A DNA stretch of 63,225 nucleotides, filler included, from Octopus bimaculoides (taxonomy: Eukaryota), in NCBI RefSeq assembly GCF_001194135.2. It is 9 parts of 8 records of this genome, joined end to end, with 100 filler letters (N's around TTAATTAATTAA, not from the genome) between each part and the next. Parts side by side here need not be neighbours in the genome. Positions count along the whole stretch, not along the records: positions 21,497 to 42,228 come from NC_068983.1; 8 more parts are not named here. The stretch is one strand, 5' to 3'. This document shows positions 26,489-38,140 of the stretch, piece by piece. A model generated the notes under the pieces. The model did not search any database. It worked only from the letters and a program-made list of their open reading frames with translations, and was not told the origin of the DNA. The number at the start of each line of letters is the position of its first letter. Position 1 is the first letter of the stretch. The position numbers and the translations under genes are program-made.

Positions 26489-26680
26489 ATTGCATATGAG
26501 AAGCGAACGGGAAACTAGTTTCTTTCTAAAGTGAATGGCAAGTTTGGGAAGCGCATACGTTAAGTGATAGGTGATATTAAAAAAACGTGGTTCAATTAAA
26601 AAAGAAATTATTTTTCACCATGCACTCAACATCGCCACCACCACCAACACCACTACCACCATCATTTCTTTCTCTCTCTC

Positions 26681-26779
<99 letters not shown>

Positions 26780-27496
26780 CTTTAATCTCGCCATCATAAC
26801 ATCACCCCTCTGCTAAATCTATATTCCTAACTCTCCTCTACATCACTACCTTCAACTAACCTTTTTAACTACGTAATAAATATTGCGTTCCCCCCTACTA
26901 CATGTCATGGAGGTTTCTCACTCCGTTTTTTCCCTCTCCCTCTTTTACTTTCTCTCTCTTTCTGCCTCACTCTTCACTTTATTCTCTTTCCCTCTCTCTC
27001 TCTTTATTCTTTCTCTTGTTCTGTCGTTCCCTTAAACTAATCACGTGAAAGCGTTACAATTACATTCCGTCTATCTCACGTCATGGACGTTTTTCTCACC
27101 CTCTTTTCTCCCTCTTTTAATCTGTAATCATGTGAAAGCGTTACCGACGGGTTAAGTTACGTAATGATAAGCATTATTATTATAAGATTAATTAACCACC
27201 TGGCCCCGTGCCATCAAAACTGGCGGCTAATTATAGTACTTTATATATAAATATGGATTAAATCAAATTAATACACTTGTCAATGTTATCTAGTGGTTGT
27301 CATTTGGGGCGTGATACTGATCATCGTTTGTTACTGAATAAAACGCTGGTTCACATATACAAACATTCACATACACACACATATACTCACACAGAGTTGA
27401 AATGCTTTCATTACCAGTTTGCCATCACTCCTTCCTTTCTCATTCATTTGTTGTGACGGAGAAAAACACAAGTGTATTATTATAATAGATGTTTAC

Positions 27497-27624
27497 CTGC
27501 AAGCTAGCGTATTTCTCTTTCTTCACACTGCAAATATCTAAGCAACGCTCAACAGAATGTACTTCAGGAGGAGCCCGGTCCCTGGTTCCCATCAGAGAGA
27601 AATCCCTAAAACAGCCAACATATT
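27497..27624 (-). CDS. Exon 3 of WSC-EGF gene: WSC domain first half
   Basis: ctttattttAG|AATATGTTGGCTGT...TTGCAG|GTAAAC; 128 nt, phase 1/0; YVGCFRDFSLMGTRDRAPPEVHSVERCLDICSVKKEKYASLQ (YxGCF...CxxxC...YAxLQ). Confidence 0.9.
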
Positions 27625-27869
27625 CTAAAATAAAGAAATAACGAACAGTTTTAATATTATTTTCTAAATAATATCTAACGCTCTTTTGCTGCGCTTATTG
27701 TATTTAACATTTTAAGTATAGAACACAATCGAATACGAAATCTATTATATTTGTATATATAAATATGTAAATATTATACATTTACAAGAAGGGTGGTACA
27801 TATATACATACATACATACCTACATACATACATACAGGTATGTATTATGTGCGTATGTATGTATGTATG

Positions 27870-28425
27870 TATGTGTGTCATGGTTCAGTTTTATTTTAAG
27901 ATTTCTTACCAACAGAGAAAGAATCGGTTTCTAGCCTAGATTCAAGACACTTTCATTGGAATTTCAACATCAACAACATGGTATTTTTGTGTGTATGTAT
28001 GTATGTATGTATGTATGTACGTATGTATATGTGAAGATTTGTATGTTTTGCTTTATGTATGTATTTTCATGCATATACTTGCATATCTAGACATGCTCGA
28101 ATATATAAAAATGATAAACTTCTGGAAAGTTTTACAGATTTTTACAGTTCCACTGATGGATTGGATCTGTAGTCTTCGAATTAGCAATCTCCTTTCTGGT
28201 TTTGAGACGCCTAATTTCTCACGATTGGTATTTAAGCAGTGTGTTACATATCTCAGGGCCCCAATAATTACAGGTATAAACCTGAACTTGTAATCGGGAT
28301 AAAGTAACTGCAGATTTCTCAATAGTTCAGCATAGGTGTTCTCTTTTTCACTGATCTTCAGCTTTATATTAACATCCGCTGGGCAGCTGATTTCCACAAC
28401 TGTGCAGTTTCTTTTGTCTTCTCTT
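27870..28425 (-). mobile_element. 3' part of an RLE-type non-LTR retrotransposon (R4/NeSL-like), associated with (TACA)n
   Basis: KLCTVVEISCPADVNIKLKISEKENTYAELLRNLQLLYPDYKFRFIPVIIGALRYV...SISGTVKICKTF, followed by a putative 3' UTR; (TATG)n tracts at both ends and internally. Confidence 0.8.
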
Positions 28426-28464
28426 TCTCATCTTATATGTATGTATGTATGTATGTATTATGTA

Positions 28465-28765
28465 GGTAGGTGGGTAGGTGCCCAAAGAAATAGTGTCAGC
28501 TGCTGGTGACGGTGCAACGTCTGCTGTGGCTGTAGAGGCCAACGCTACTGGTTTTTCCTTCGGTTGAGTGTGCTTTTCTTTGGTGGCGAGTTCCTGTTTT
28601 TCTTCTCTTCGCTTCATCCCCTTTCGTAGTATTTGACTTCAACGGGGGCGATCATTTGCGACATTCTCCCATCTGAGGATGTCCAGGTCAAGTGATTTCA
28701 CATCTCTCTTGCAGGCGCCCTTGAAACGAAGATGAGGTCATCCACAAGTTTTTGTGCCGGTGGCA
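28465..28765 (-). mobile_element. RTE LINE C-terminal fragment
   Basis: Minus strand: PHLRFKGACKRDVKSLDLDILRW..VANDRPR.SQILRKGMKRREEKQE; comparable to the C-terminus of the RTE at 62450-62680. Confidence 0.7.
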
Positions 28766-28914
28766 TGTATGTATGATAGTATTCGTAGGACAGTTGACTG
28801 GTGAATATTCCGCCATCTCTAATCTAAATAGATATTAAACTTGGTTTTTTAAAATTTATTTAATATTACCATCAAGTTGTTTATATATATATATATATAC
28901 ATATATATACTTAC

Positions 28915-28953
28915 GGGCATCTTCACTGGCGTGCAGAATGATCACAGGGAAAG
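28915..28953 (-). CDS. Exon 2 of WSC-EGF gene: end of signal peptide
   Basis: ttctttattttAG|CTTTCCCTGTG...GATGCCC|GTAAGT; 39 nt, phase 1/1; (A)FPVIILHASEDA(Q). Confidence 0.85.
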
Positions 28954-29066
28954 CTAAAATAAAGAAACCAGAATGTTAGAAATTAATAGAACGAAAGACG
29001 CGTTCTTTGTGAGAAAATTACTATGAAAACAAGGTCTGTTGTTGAATAGTGGACATTAGATCTTAC

Positions 29067-29106
29067 CAATTATTGCAAGCAGTTTGAATGTTTCCATCTT
29101 GAACAT
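29067..29106 (-). CDS. First coding exon of WSC-EGF gene
   Basis: ATG TTC AAG ATG GAA...ATA ATT G|GTAAGA; MFKMETFKLLAII, phase-1 donor, 113-nt intron to exon 2. An in-frame alternative ATG lies at 29097. Confidence 0.75.
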
Positions 29107-29302
29107 GCTGCTCTGTGAACACCCAGCAAATGATGTAGGTTCATCATATCTCTACATATATATAGAGAAATAGATATGCATATACGTGTGTGTGTGTGTG
29201 GCTTGTGTGCGTGTGTGTCAGTGTAGGCGAGTGTATGTATTTGTATAAGCGTGTATATGGCTTGGATTTTTATACACGTGTATCTCTGTATGTATGTAGG
29301 TC

Positions 29303-29362
<60 letters not shown>

Positions 29363-29384
29363 TATATGTATATATATAATTATT

Positions 29385-29419
<35 letters not shown>

Positions 29420-29836
29420 TATATAATTATTAAATATATATGTATGTTTTATGTGTTTGTGTGTGGACGTGTATGAGTATATATGTGCGTGCATGCATGT
29501 GTGCATGGGTACTGCTGTGCGTCGTTTCTTGCATTGGATTCCTATAAAAGAAAAAAAGAAAGAAGAAAAGAAGAAAATAAACTTAATAATGACAGGTGTT
29601 TTCTTTTTGTCTTAAATCACGTTTGAAAACATTGTCACTATTCATTTCAATTCTTACTAATAATCATCAATATTCTAACACAACGTTCAATAAGTGATCT
29701 GTTGTTTTAACATATTTTTAGAACCTCAACGAATATGTCCACGCCTTACTGCATCTGTTGCCATTTTACTTACTCACGTTCAGGACTTGTTTTCAATCAT
29801 AATACCTAACATAACGACATATCGATATTCTTACTC

Positions 29837-29897
<61 letters not shown>

Positions 29898-30427
29898 GAG
29901 TGAGAGAGCAGAGCATGCCATCAAAGTGACACTGGGTTAAAATATACGAAGCCCATTATACCCATCATGACTACCCGCCTGATAAGGGTACACCAGGCAC
30001 ATGCATCACAACCATATGTGCGCGACATGGTGATCTCATATCAAGATAAACAGCGCATGACCTCGCAGATGGGGCCCAGCTAGAATTTTCTTCAGGCCGA
30101 GTAGCCCATCCCGCTCAAAAGGTCCCTGAATAAGGTTTGTTTAAGGATGCTGAGCAAAACACCTCTCAACACATGGCTATAATGCTCCCCCACTATTTCT
30201 GCTCATGATCAGAGATGCACATATTGTCAGTCACCAAGGGACATGCTCAACTGGCTAAGGTCAAACAACAGACAAGCAAATCTGTGGTATTGAGCAGAAT
30301 ATTTGCTGTAGCCTATCTTTTATACCAAGACAAAACAATGTACATGATAACACTTCCAATCAGTTCAGATGAGAAGCCATGAGAGCCACTGCTTGGTACT
30401 GCATCTGGGAAGTTATTATTATTATTA

Positions 30428-30479
<52 letters not shown>

Positions 30480-30482
<3 letters not shown>

Positions 30483-31280
30483 GTTGGCAGCATCGTCAGC
30501 GTGCCGGGCGAAATGCTTAGCGGTATTTCGCTCCATTCTGAGTTCAAATTCGGCCGAGGACTTTTCATCCTTTCGGGGTCGATAAAATAAATACCAGTTG
30601 AACACTGGGGTCGATTTAATCGACTAATACCCTCCTCCAAAATTGCTGCCCTTGTGGCAAAGTTTGGAAGCTTGAAATTATTATCATTATTCTTAAGGTG
30701 GCGAGCTGGCAGAATCGTTAGCACGCCGCGCAAAATCATTACTAGCATTTCGTCCATCTCTACGTTCTGAGTTCAAATTTCGCCGAGGTCGTTTTTGCTT
30801 TTCATCCTTTCGAGGTCGGTGAAATAATTACCAGTTACGTACTGGGGCTGATGCAATCGACGTTGCTCCTCCTCCAAATTTCAGGTCTTCTGCTTAAAGG
30901 AGATCCTTTTCTTTTTATTTAGTCAGGACATGCTCATATAGTGATTAACGAAAACCAAACGCAGTTACAACATTGGTTTTCCGGAACTTTAGTTTCAAAA
31001 GCCTTTCCGAATTACTGACTATTTCCGAAGCAAGAGTTGTCATCTCAAGACTGAACAAATATCGGTTTCAAATCTTGACCCCAGATCAGTAATTTGGTGG
31101 GGAGGGGCAAGGTGAATGCAATGACCTCAGTGCCCAACTGGTACTTATTTCATCGACCCCAAAAGGATAAAAAGAAAAGTCGACCTAATAGGAATTTGAA
31201 CACGGAACTCAAGGACGGACAAAATGCTTAGCGGCATTTTGTCCGACGTGGTAACTATTTTGCCTGCTCACCACCTTAAA
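30480..31280. mobile_element. Cluster of three SINE family A copies (+,+,-)
   Basis: Family A motifs at about 30480-30665, 30695-30895 and 31085-31280. Confidence 0.8.
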
Positions 31281-31449
31281 TTAAACAAATGATTAAATAA
31301 AATTTGGTACTGACACGTACTCTTTCATTCTTTTACATTTTTCAATCATTCGACTGCGGCCATGCTGGAGCACCACATTTGGTCTAACAAATGACCCCAG
31401 GACTTATTCTTTGTAAGCCGAGTACTTATTCTATCGGTCCTCTTTTAGT

Positions 31450-31885
31450 GGTTAGAACAGCGTACTCGCGGTCGAGGGAACGCGGGTTCGAATCCCAGAC
31501 TGGGCGATGAGTGTGTTTATGAGCGAAACACCTAAAGCGGCTCTGGCAGAAAATAATGGTGAACTTTTGCTGACTTTCTTCGCAACTTTCTCTCACCTGC
31601 TACGGATCGGCGTCCCGTTCAGGTGGGGGAACCTATACGCCAATGAAACCCGGAAACCGAGAAGGAACAAACAACATACATATATTGAAATATTGCATTT
31701 CACATTACTACATTATTTGTTAGCACACCGAGCGAAATGCTTAGCAGTATTTCACCCGTCGCTACGTTCTGAGTTCAAATTCCGCCGAGGTCGATTTTGC
31801 CTTTCCTCCTAAATTAAATACCAGTGAAATCGACTTGTCCCCACCCCCAAAACTTCAGGTCTTATGCCTATAAGAGGAAGGATTA
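31450..31885 (+). mobile_element. tRNA-headed SINE related to family C, followed by a family A copy
   Basis: gtggttagaacagcgtactcgcggtcg...ggttcgaatcccagac...gtgtgtttatgagcgaaacacctaaagc shares the C head; an A copy starts near 31720. Confidence 0.65.
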
Positions 31886-32022
31886 TTTGTCTGCTCTAGT
31901 AAACTTACATCGCAGGAGATACAACAGTCTGGAAAGAGTATCAAAACGTCCAAAACTGGTGAATACGATGGACCTCAATTATATATGCATGCGTGTATAC
32001 TTGCGCGTGTTTGTGTGTCTGT

Positions 32023-32134
<112 letters not shown>

Positions 32135-32504
32135 CGGTGAATGTATGTATTTGCACAAAGGTGTATATTTATATGTATATACCTCTCTGTGAATGTATAC
32201 ATGAATTCCAGTATTTTGATAAGAATGAAGTCTCCGCAAGAACGAAGTTCTACAGGGTGTCCACAAAGTCTGGGTACATGGGGATTAACACATACTTTAA
32301 GAAATTATTATTTCTTTTATTTAATTGTTTATGTTATGATTTTATTTACTCCATGTACCCACATGGTGATTAACACATACTTTAAGATTGTTGAATTCTT
32401 TGGAAAAATCTATTGAGAAATAATCTTTGTTGCAATAGGCACAGAAACTATTATTGTACGAATATTTGGTATACGTTCTAGTTTTTTAACAAGGCTAACT
32501 ATTT

Positions 32505-32880
32505 TGAGTGGACTGGCAGTCGATTGCATCGCCGCCAGTGCTCGACTGGTACTTTATTTTATCGAAACTGAAAGAATGAATGGCTAAGTCAGTCTCGGCA
32601 GAATTCAAGCTCAGAACAAATGGCGCTAAACATTTTATCCGATGTGCTAAGGATTCTGTCAATATTGTTTTCAAATTTTGGTACAAGGCCAGCAATTTCC
32701 AGGAGGAGGTAAGTTGAGTGCATTGACCCCAGTACTCAACTGGTATTTATTTTATTGGCCTCGAAAGGATGAAAGTCAAAGTCGACCATGGCGGAATTTG
32801 AAAGCAGAACGTGAAGACGGACGAAATGCCGCTAAGCATTTCACCCGACGTGCTAACGATTCAGTCTGATTGCTGCCTTA
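32505..32880 (-). mobile_element. Two SINE family A copies
   Basis: Reverse-complement family A motifs (gacgaaatgccgctaagcatttc, gaaaggatgaaag). Confidence 0.75.
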
Positions 32881-34261
32881 GGAATATTCAATATTAACAT
32901 CGGTTTGTCATAATCTATTAGTCTAAGAATATCTTACATTTTTCTTTGAATCCAAAGTCAAAGCAATGTATAAACTATCTTTTTCCACCTGTCTATCACT
33001 ATTGGTTTCTGGTCTTCTGTACTTGTTATTTGTGTATTCAACTTGTTCAAATTTCTTGGCACTCAAAGTTTTTTTTGCAATCCCAAATCTCATGCAGGAC
33101 ATATTTCATTATTTCTCAATTCAAAGGCGGTGTGATGGCAGAGTCTTATTTTATCGACCCCCTTTTGATGACCAGCTGGCAGAAGAGATCAAAGATCTGA
33201 TAAGGTTTGATCCACTGAGAATAAGATAGACTGGGTGTGTCATATACATTTATCCATCATACAAACAATTATTTATCCATTATTCAAACATATTAAAGCA
33301 GTCTTATTCGTAAACATAGTTCCAGATGTTGCATAATGTTTGTTAACGTTCTTTTGTTTTATTGTTCGCTCTTTATTAAATATGGTGGCTCAAACAAAAC
33401 GTGAACAAATTGTAGCATTGAAAATGGCTGGGATAAAGGATTGTAAAATGAAAATGGCAAGTATAAATAGTTAAAGGCTAAAGTGAAAGCAAAGGAGACG
33501 ATTTTGAATTGTAAATATATGTAAAATTGATATTATACGTATGTAACAATCAACCCCTAAATTTTCATCAACCAAGACCTAGAACTTTATATTGTATGAT
33601 AAAATAAATAATGGCTAAATACGAGTATATAAACCGCCCCCAGTATATTAGAAAAACAAAACAGAATATATTGATATTCATAAGCATATGAAAATAATAG
33701 CAGGTTTAATAAAGAACTAGAACAATGTGCAACTTGAATTTAATTTTGCAGTGCTCTGGGCTATGATTTATATTGTATTACAATTCATCATTCAGATTCC
33801 ATGTGTTAGCTTTTGCAATTTAGTAAATTTATCAATAAGGTGGTAAGCAGGCAGAATCGTTACTACGACGGGCGAAATGCTTAGTGCTATTTTGTCTGTC
33901 CTTACGTTCTAAGTTCGATTTTGTATTTCTTCTTTTGAGGTGGATAAATAAGTACCAGTTGAGCAACTTAACTACTCCTGGATATGGGTATAAAAGTTGC
34001 ACACCTCTGCCAAGCCATGTCAGTCCAGTGTGCCAGAGTGCAATCACTAAACCATTATGTTCTCAAGCTCAAATTCACGGCCTCCATATCAGACTGTGGT
34101 TGTTGGAGAGAACATGCTGAGGCCTTCGTCCTTCAGTGGACTGGACACGGGCAAAAGAAAGAAGAAAGAATGTAATTTATCAATTAAAGCTTATGCATTC
34201 GATCGTTATTTTAGCAAGATTGATAGAACAAGAGAAGAGATGACCCAACTCTCCTATCACT

Positions 34262-34597
34262 AAAAAGGTAAAGACCACCTTCGGTCATGAATGACCATGG
34301 GATGATACCTACAAAGTCACCCTCCGAGGCACAAATCCGGGCAAAGTTTTTATGGAAGACCAGCATTCGTTCATGCATACCAGCCTCCTCCTCTCCCGAT
34401 GTTATCGAAGGGAAAGGGAATGGCCGATACAGCTTGGCACCAGTGACGTGGAAACTCATTGCTACAGCTGAGTGAACTGGGGCAACCTGAAATAAAGTGT
34501 CTTGCTTAAGAGCACAGCACACAGCCCTGTTCAGAAATCGAACTCACTACTTCATGTTTGTGAGTCCGACGCTCTAACCACTGATCCATGCGCTGCA
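34262..34597 (-). mobile_element. SINE family D
   Basis: Collinear with 57355-57690; tRNA-like head, aagacactttatttc, cactcagctgtag. Confidence 0.8.
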
Positions 34598-35864
34598 ACA
34601 ATAAGCAATATATTATGGACAACTAAGGATTAAGTACGTACAAGCTGTTACATGAATATCAATACAAAAACTAGGTAAATATATAAAAACACAAACCGTC
34701 AAAATATCTATTGCGTGATTATGAATCGGTATTTATCGGAAATAAACAATCTGCCGGAGTACAAAACACAAGTTTTATATAAATATATATACATTTGCGC
34801 ACGCATGTATGTGTGTGTAAATAGGGAACAGCTTTTCTTTTGCACATATAATATTCAAAAACACGACTATGTTCACGTCTGATTTTTTTTTTTTTTTTTT
34901 TGTATATATTGAAGAGATGTCATAAACCTTTATGAGTTCTTTATGTTGGGTCTGGAACAACAGCGATTGTTAATCCTTTAGTTTGATGTTCCGAGTCTTT
35001 TTTATCGTCTTAATTTTAAAATAAACTATTGTAATGGCGTATTGTCCGTATGTTCTGCATAAAGTTGCAAAAAGTCTTGGCAATAATTTTATAACTGATA
35101 AAACTATTAACTCCGGATTTAAAATTATACACCGTTAAATCCAAATAGATTTCAAGATATGATTTTTTTTAACACTACTTTTATTATTTTTCGTTATATA
35201 TTTTTAAGTGTTAAGCATTTGTGTGTTTAATTTATTTATTGAGTGTTTCTCTATTAGTAAAGTTGCTGCAATTATTCTCATTTATTATGGAATTCGATAT
35301 AAAAATTGATGTGCTGTGAACTAACGTACTACATTATAATGAGTTGAAATGACTCCTTGTTGTAAATGTATTTCTAGCAGCGGGAAGCATCGCCCTTGTT
35401 TGTCTGACGTAGGTATGTGACTTATGAAAATTACATCACTTTGGCTCCTTATGAAGTCCTCACAACAGCGAACAAAAAGAAAGTTGAGAGACATATCCAT
35501 GTAAGAAGTTGCGGTGGTCTTGCAAGGACAATTCTTCATGGAAGCAAAGAGTTAAGAAAAAAGAAGAAACGCAAAGGTAAAAATGAAAGGAAAACTTCAA
35601 AGAATGGATAGGCAAATCCTGCATGGTAAGCTAAGCCTGGCACACAGCTGCGACTGATGGAGAAGATTAGTATATTGTATGTCACAACATCATCGGAAGT
35701 TAAGGTCCCACAGAACCAATGCACACACATACATACTAATAACATGTGTGTGTGTGTGAGTGTGTGTGTGTGTAAGTTTGTGTAAGTTTTGGGATTTGGT
35801 TTTCAAGATTCTTTATGTGAGTTCGTGTATTGAAGCTTATTTTGTTGTGTCTGAGAGGAGGCAT

Positions 35865-36141
35865 TCTCTTTTAGTGCCTTATTATTTAACGCACTCGCCG
35901 GTAAAGTTTCCACTCATTTCCTTAATTTTTCTTAAACTTTTTCACACATAGACCCACACACATAGACCCACACACATAGACCCACACACATAGACCCACA
36001 CACATGCGCACAAATAAACAACGGACAATGTCAACGACTATTGAAAAGGTTGTAAGACGCAGCGAAAATTTTAAAAAATTAATAAGTAAATGAGTGGACA
36101 CTTTATCAGTGAGTTGTTAAATAATAAGGCACTAAAAGAGA
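35865..36141. repeat. About 70-bp imperfect inverted repeat around a 16-bp minisatellite (MITE/foldback-like)
   Basis: tctcttttagtgccttattatttaac...ccactcattt (35865-35930) versus aaatgagtgg...gttaaataataaggcactaaaagaga (36073-36141); (CACACATAGACCCACA) x about 4 inside. Confidence 0.75.
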
Positions 36142-36689
36142 TACATAATACATACATAAAAAAAGAAAAGAAATGGAGCAACAATTAACAATTAGGAGTT
36201 GATCATTGGTATTAAATGGTCATAGTTTAATTATAGTTAAAATAACATTTACAGCTGTTTCAGTTTGTGTTTTGAGGAAAATTTGCATTTATCTCGTTCC
36301 ATGTAACAAACATCGTCAGAATGATTTGGAGTTTATCAGAGGAATGTTGACAGAAGGAAAAAGCAAAAGAAAAAGCAAAAAAGGAAAAAAAGTTCGTTAA
36401 GTCTTTAGACTTGCATTTTTGTTTCCATCTAAAGGTTGCATGTGTGTGTACATTTATTTTAGCTATAATTAATCTATGACCATGATCAACTTCTAATTGT
36501 TAATTGTTGGTCCATTTGTTTTCTTATTTGAATATATTAAACCACAATTTACCATTAAAATTACCAACTACTGTTAACCTTATAGCAAGGCCTATACATA
36601 GTTAGGAAGTACACCAGTAGTGCCTACGGATACATTTATCCCTTGGACGGTTGCATAACATCTAACTCACTCATAACTATCTCTCTCTC

Positions 36690-36761
<72 letters not shown>

Positions 36762-37471
36762 AGTTAATACATACACCACCTACTAGTCACTATTGTTCCC
36801 CACTATTATTCTAAGCCGGAATAGTAGCACCTGCCATGGTCCCAGTTATAAGACAATTAGCATATCATGGAAAAAATTCAGGCACAAAGCCTCACTGCCT
36901 TATGAGTGTTTTAGGAAAGGGAAAGGCTAGGAAGTCAACTTTGACAATTTCGAGGAGCAGAGTCCCCGAAGCAGTTCAGTATCCTCTTTGACACCTTTCC
37001 GGCGAATCCAGGGCAGGTAGAGCACTCCAGCCTGTAAAGCAATTCACCTAAGAGAAGGCAATTCTTATATAAAAACTGCAACCTAATGATAACCGCAGCT
37101 CTCTAAATCCGCTGAGCTGCAGTGATCGGATCTACAAGTCTAAAGAGTGGGAATGGACTGATTCCCACTTTAAAACTATTAAGTCCAGGAAGGAAGAAAT
37201 GATGAGCAGTGCTGAAGATCGGTTTACTTAGCTACATGTAGGCGTATTGCTCTTACTCAATCTCTGGACAGGAAACAACCACCATTATTAGATATGCCTG
37301 TATTATAATGAGTCAAAAATTGTCCGCAGTTTCGTCAAAAGTTACTTTAGGTTAGCTACACTGCTTTCAGCGTTGACGTGCCAAAAGTAATTAGCTGTAG
37401 TAGTTACTTAACCGAAATTTGACCTTGATCGCTCCGGTTTTCTTTTTTTTTGTGTGTGTTATAGAGTAAAA

Positions 37472-38140
37472 ATGGCCGCTCCACTAGCAGTGTGCACCAG
37501 GGAAGAACAGAAATCAAGTGATCCGAATTCTCTGAAGTTGTGTTAGGGGCTGAAATTCATCGCAGGCTTTCAGTACAATACGGGGACTGCGCTCTACTGC
37601 ATAAAATGTGTATAGATGGATTGAGAAGTCTAAAAATGGCCGGACAAAAATGAAACACGAAGAGGGAGAAGGGTGCCTATAACCTCCATCGCTAAAGTGA
37701 AGATTCCAAAAGCTCGAGAGATGGTTTTTGATTTTTTTTTTTAATGCGTAAAAGGGCCTATGCAGGAACATTACCTGGAAAGGGGTCTACAGTTGCCAGT
37801 TACAGTGGAATGTTTCCAACAAATTGAAGCCAGTAATTTGCACCAAACGCCGAGGTCTACCATCAAACAAGTTTTATTGTAGCACGACAATTCACGCCCA
37901 CACCATTGAAACCATTGAAAAATTTTTAGTTGCTGGAACACCCTGAATACACTCCAGATCTCTCCCCTTCCGTTAATCATCTCTTTTGGATCGCTCAAAC
38001 ATCCTCTACGAGATCGTCGATTTGCTGCAGAGAAGAGCAAGGATCGACGCATGAATGGCTGCGTGACCAGCCGAAAGTCTTCGATGGAATAAGCGAGTTG
38101 TGAACCGCTAGAAGTTCATTGAAAATACAGGAGTGAAAAC
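37472..38140 (+). mobile_element. Mariner transposase relic with internal deletion
   Basis: MAAPLAVCTREEQ..GAEIHRRLSVQYGDCAL..WIEKSKNGRT..HYLERG..KLKPVICTKRRGL..(HDN)..LEHPEYTPDLSPS..HL..HEWLRDQPK; many frameshifts. Confidence 0.88.

Noticed and set aside
33380-33450. MVAQTKREQIVALKMAG, like a Tc1 transposase N-terminus
   Set aside because: Too short, with no continuation.
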